DNA of 64,000 nt from Octopus sinensis (Eukaryota), in contig NW_021835459.1 of assembly GCF_006345805.1 (NCBI RefSeq), positions 1 through 64,000 on the forward strand. Reading direction: 5' to 3'. Made by a program: the position numbers and the translations under genes. Within the stretch, counting starts at the first letter, position 1, and each line of letters starts with the position of its first letter. The notes beneath the pieces are model-generated. The model saw nothing but the letters and a program-made list of their open reading frames with translations. It searched no databases and was not told the DNA's origin. Positions 63,086-64,000 of the stretch are shown here, piece by piece.

Positions 63086-63553
63086 AATTTACTTGATCAA
63101 ACACTCCAAAGTGCTGCCCCAGAATGGTCACAGTCCAATGAGCAAAACAGGTAAATGATAAAAAGATATTAAGTTGCACCAAAAGGTAAGGTTGAACTCA
63201 GCATTATAAACTAAGGAGACAATTGTTTACTTCACTGTGTTTTTGTTATGTTTTTGTAAGCAAGTGGGTTGAACTGGGTCACTTGACAATTTAATATCTC
63301 TGCCTTAGGACATAACAGAGTGTGGATGACAGGATGTGAGCTAGAGACCTTTGTTGTTAGTCCACTCAGCTCCTGTTGACTCTTCCTCACATGCACACAC
63401 TCATACACACATGTTTGCGCACACAATTTTATGTGAAGAAATACCTTGCCATTGTATAAAACTTTGTATTATATAATCTATGTATCTATCACTCTTTCAT
63501 TCACTTCCTCTCTCTGTGTATATGTGTGTGCATGTGTGTGTGTGTGAGTGTGT

Positions 63554-63603
<50 letters not shown>

Positions 63604-63637
63604 ATGTGTGTATGTATGTGTGTGTATATATTCTCGT

Positions 63638-64000
63638 TTATTCTTATTTGTTTCAGTCATTTGACTGCAGCCATGTTGGGGCATCGCCTTTAGTCAACAA
63701 ATAATCAACCCCAAGACTTATTCTTTGTAAGCCTAGTACTTATTCTATAAATCTCTTTTGCCAAACAACTAAGTTATGGGGACATAAACACACCAGCATC
63801 GGTTGTCAAGCAATGTTGTGGGGGACAAACACAGACACACATACCTATATATCTATATATATATATATGACGAGCTTCTTTCAGTTTCTTCTACCAAATC
63901 CACTCACAAGGCTTTGGATGGCCTGAAGCTATAGCAGAAGACACTTCCCCAAGGTACCACCACGTAGTGGGACTGAACCTGGAACCATGTGGCTGGTAAG
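63638..64000 (-). mobile_element. SINE family A, running off the window end
   Basis: Reverse complement of family A, lying ~550 bp from the + copy at 62666. Confidence 0.9.

Overview
AT-rich, CpG-poor, non-coding eukaryotic (animal) genomic DNA with no confidently identifiable intact protein-coding gene. The extreme (TA)n/(CA)n/(TATG)n/(CAT)n microsatellite load and the SINE/LINE families present suggest a coleoid cephalopod, most likely Octopus (inference from repeat content, not verified). Nearly all ORFs in the supplied track are microsatellite or SINE artefacts. The window is a mosaic of: three or four tRNA-headed SINE families; 5'-truncated copies of an RTE LINE 3' UTR; fragments of other RTE, Rex3-like and CR1-type LINEs; Penelope-like element (PLE) fragments; DD37D (maT) and mariner transposon remnants; hAT, mariner and TTAA MITEs; Helitron-like pieces; and several long fold-back palindromes. 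The most notable signal is a recurring set of hammerhead-ribozyme (HHR)-like motifs: eight type I-like motifs plus three with a permuted core order. Some sit downstream of PLE coding remnants, and others lie in short non-coding elements abutting (TA)n tracts. One has a fully canonical core (56751-56836, minus strand), and one short family carries a non-canonical CUGU core. A second unusual item is a LINE 5' remnant whose ORF1 appears to combine a Myb/SANT-like domain with a CCCH zinc finger. All alignments, translations and folds were done by eye, and coordinates of degraded elements are approximate.
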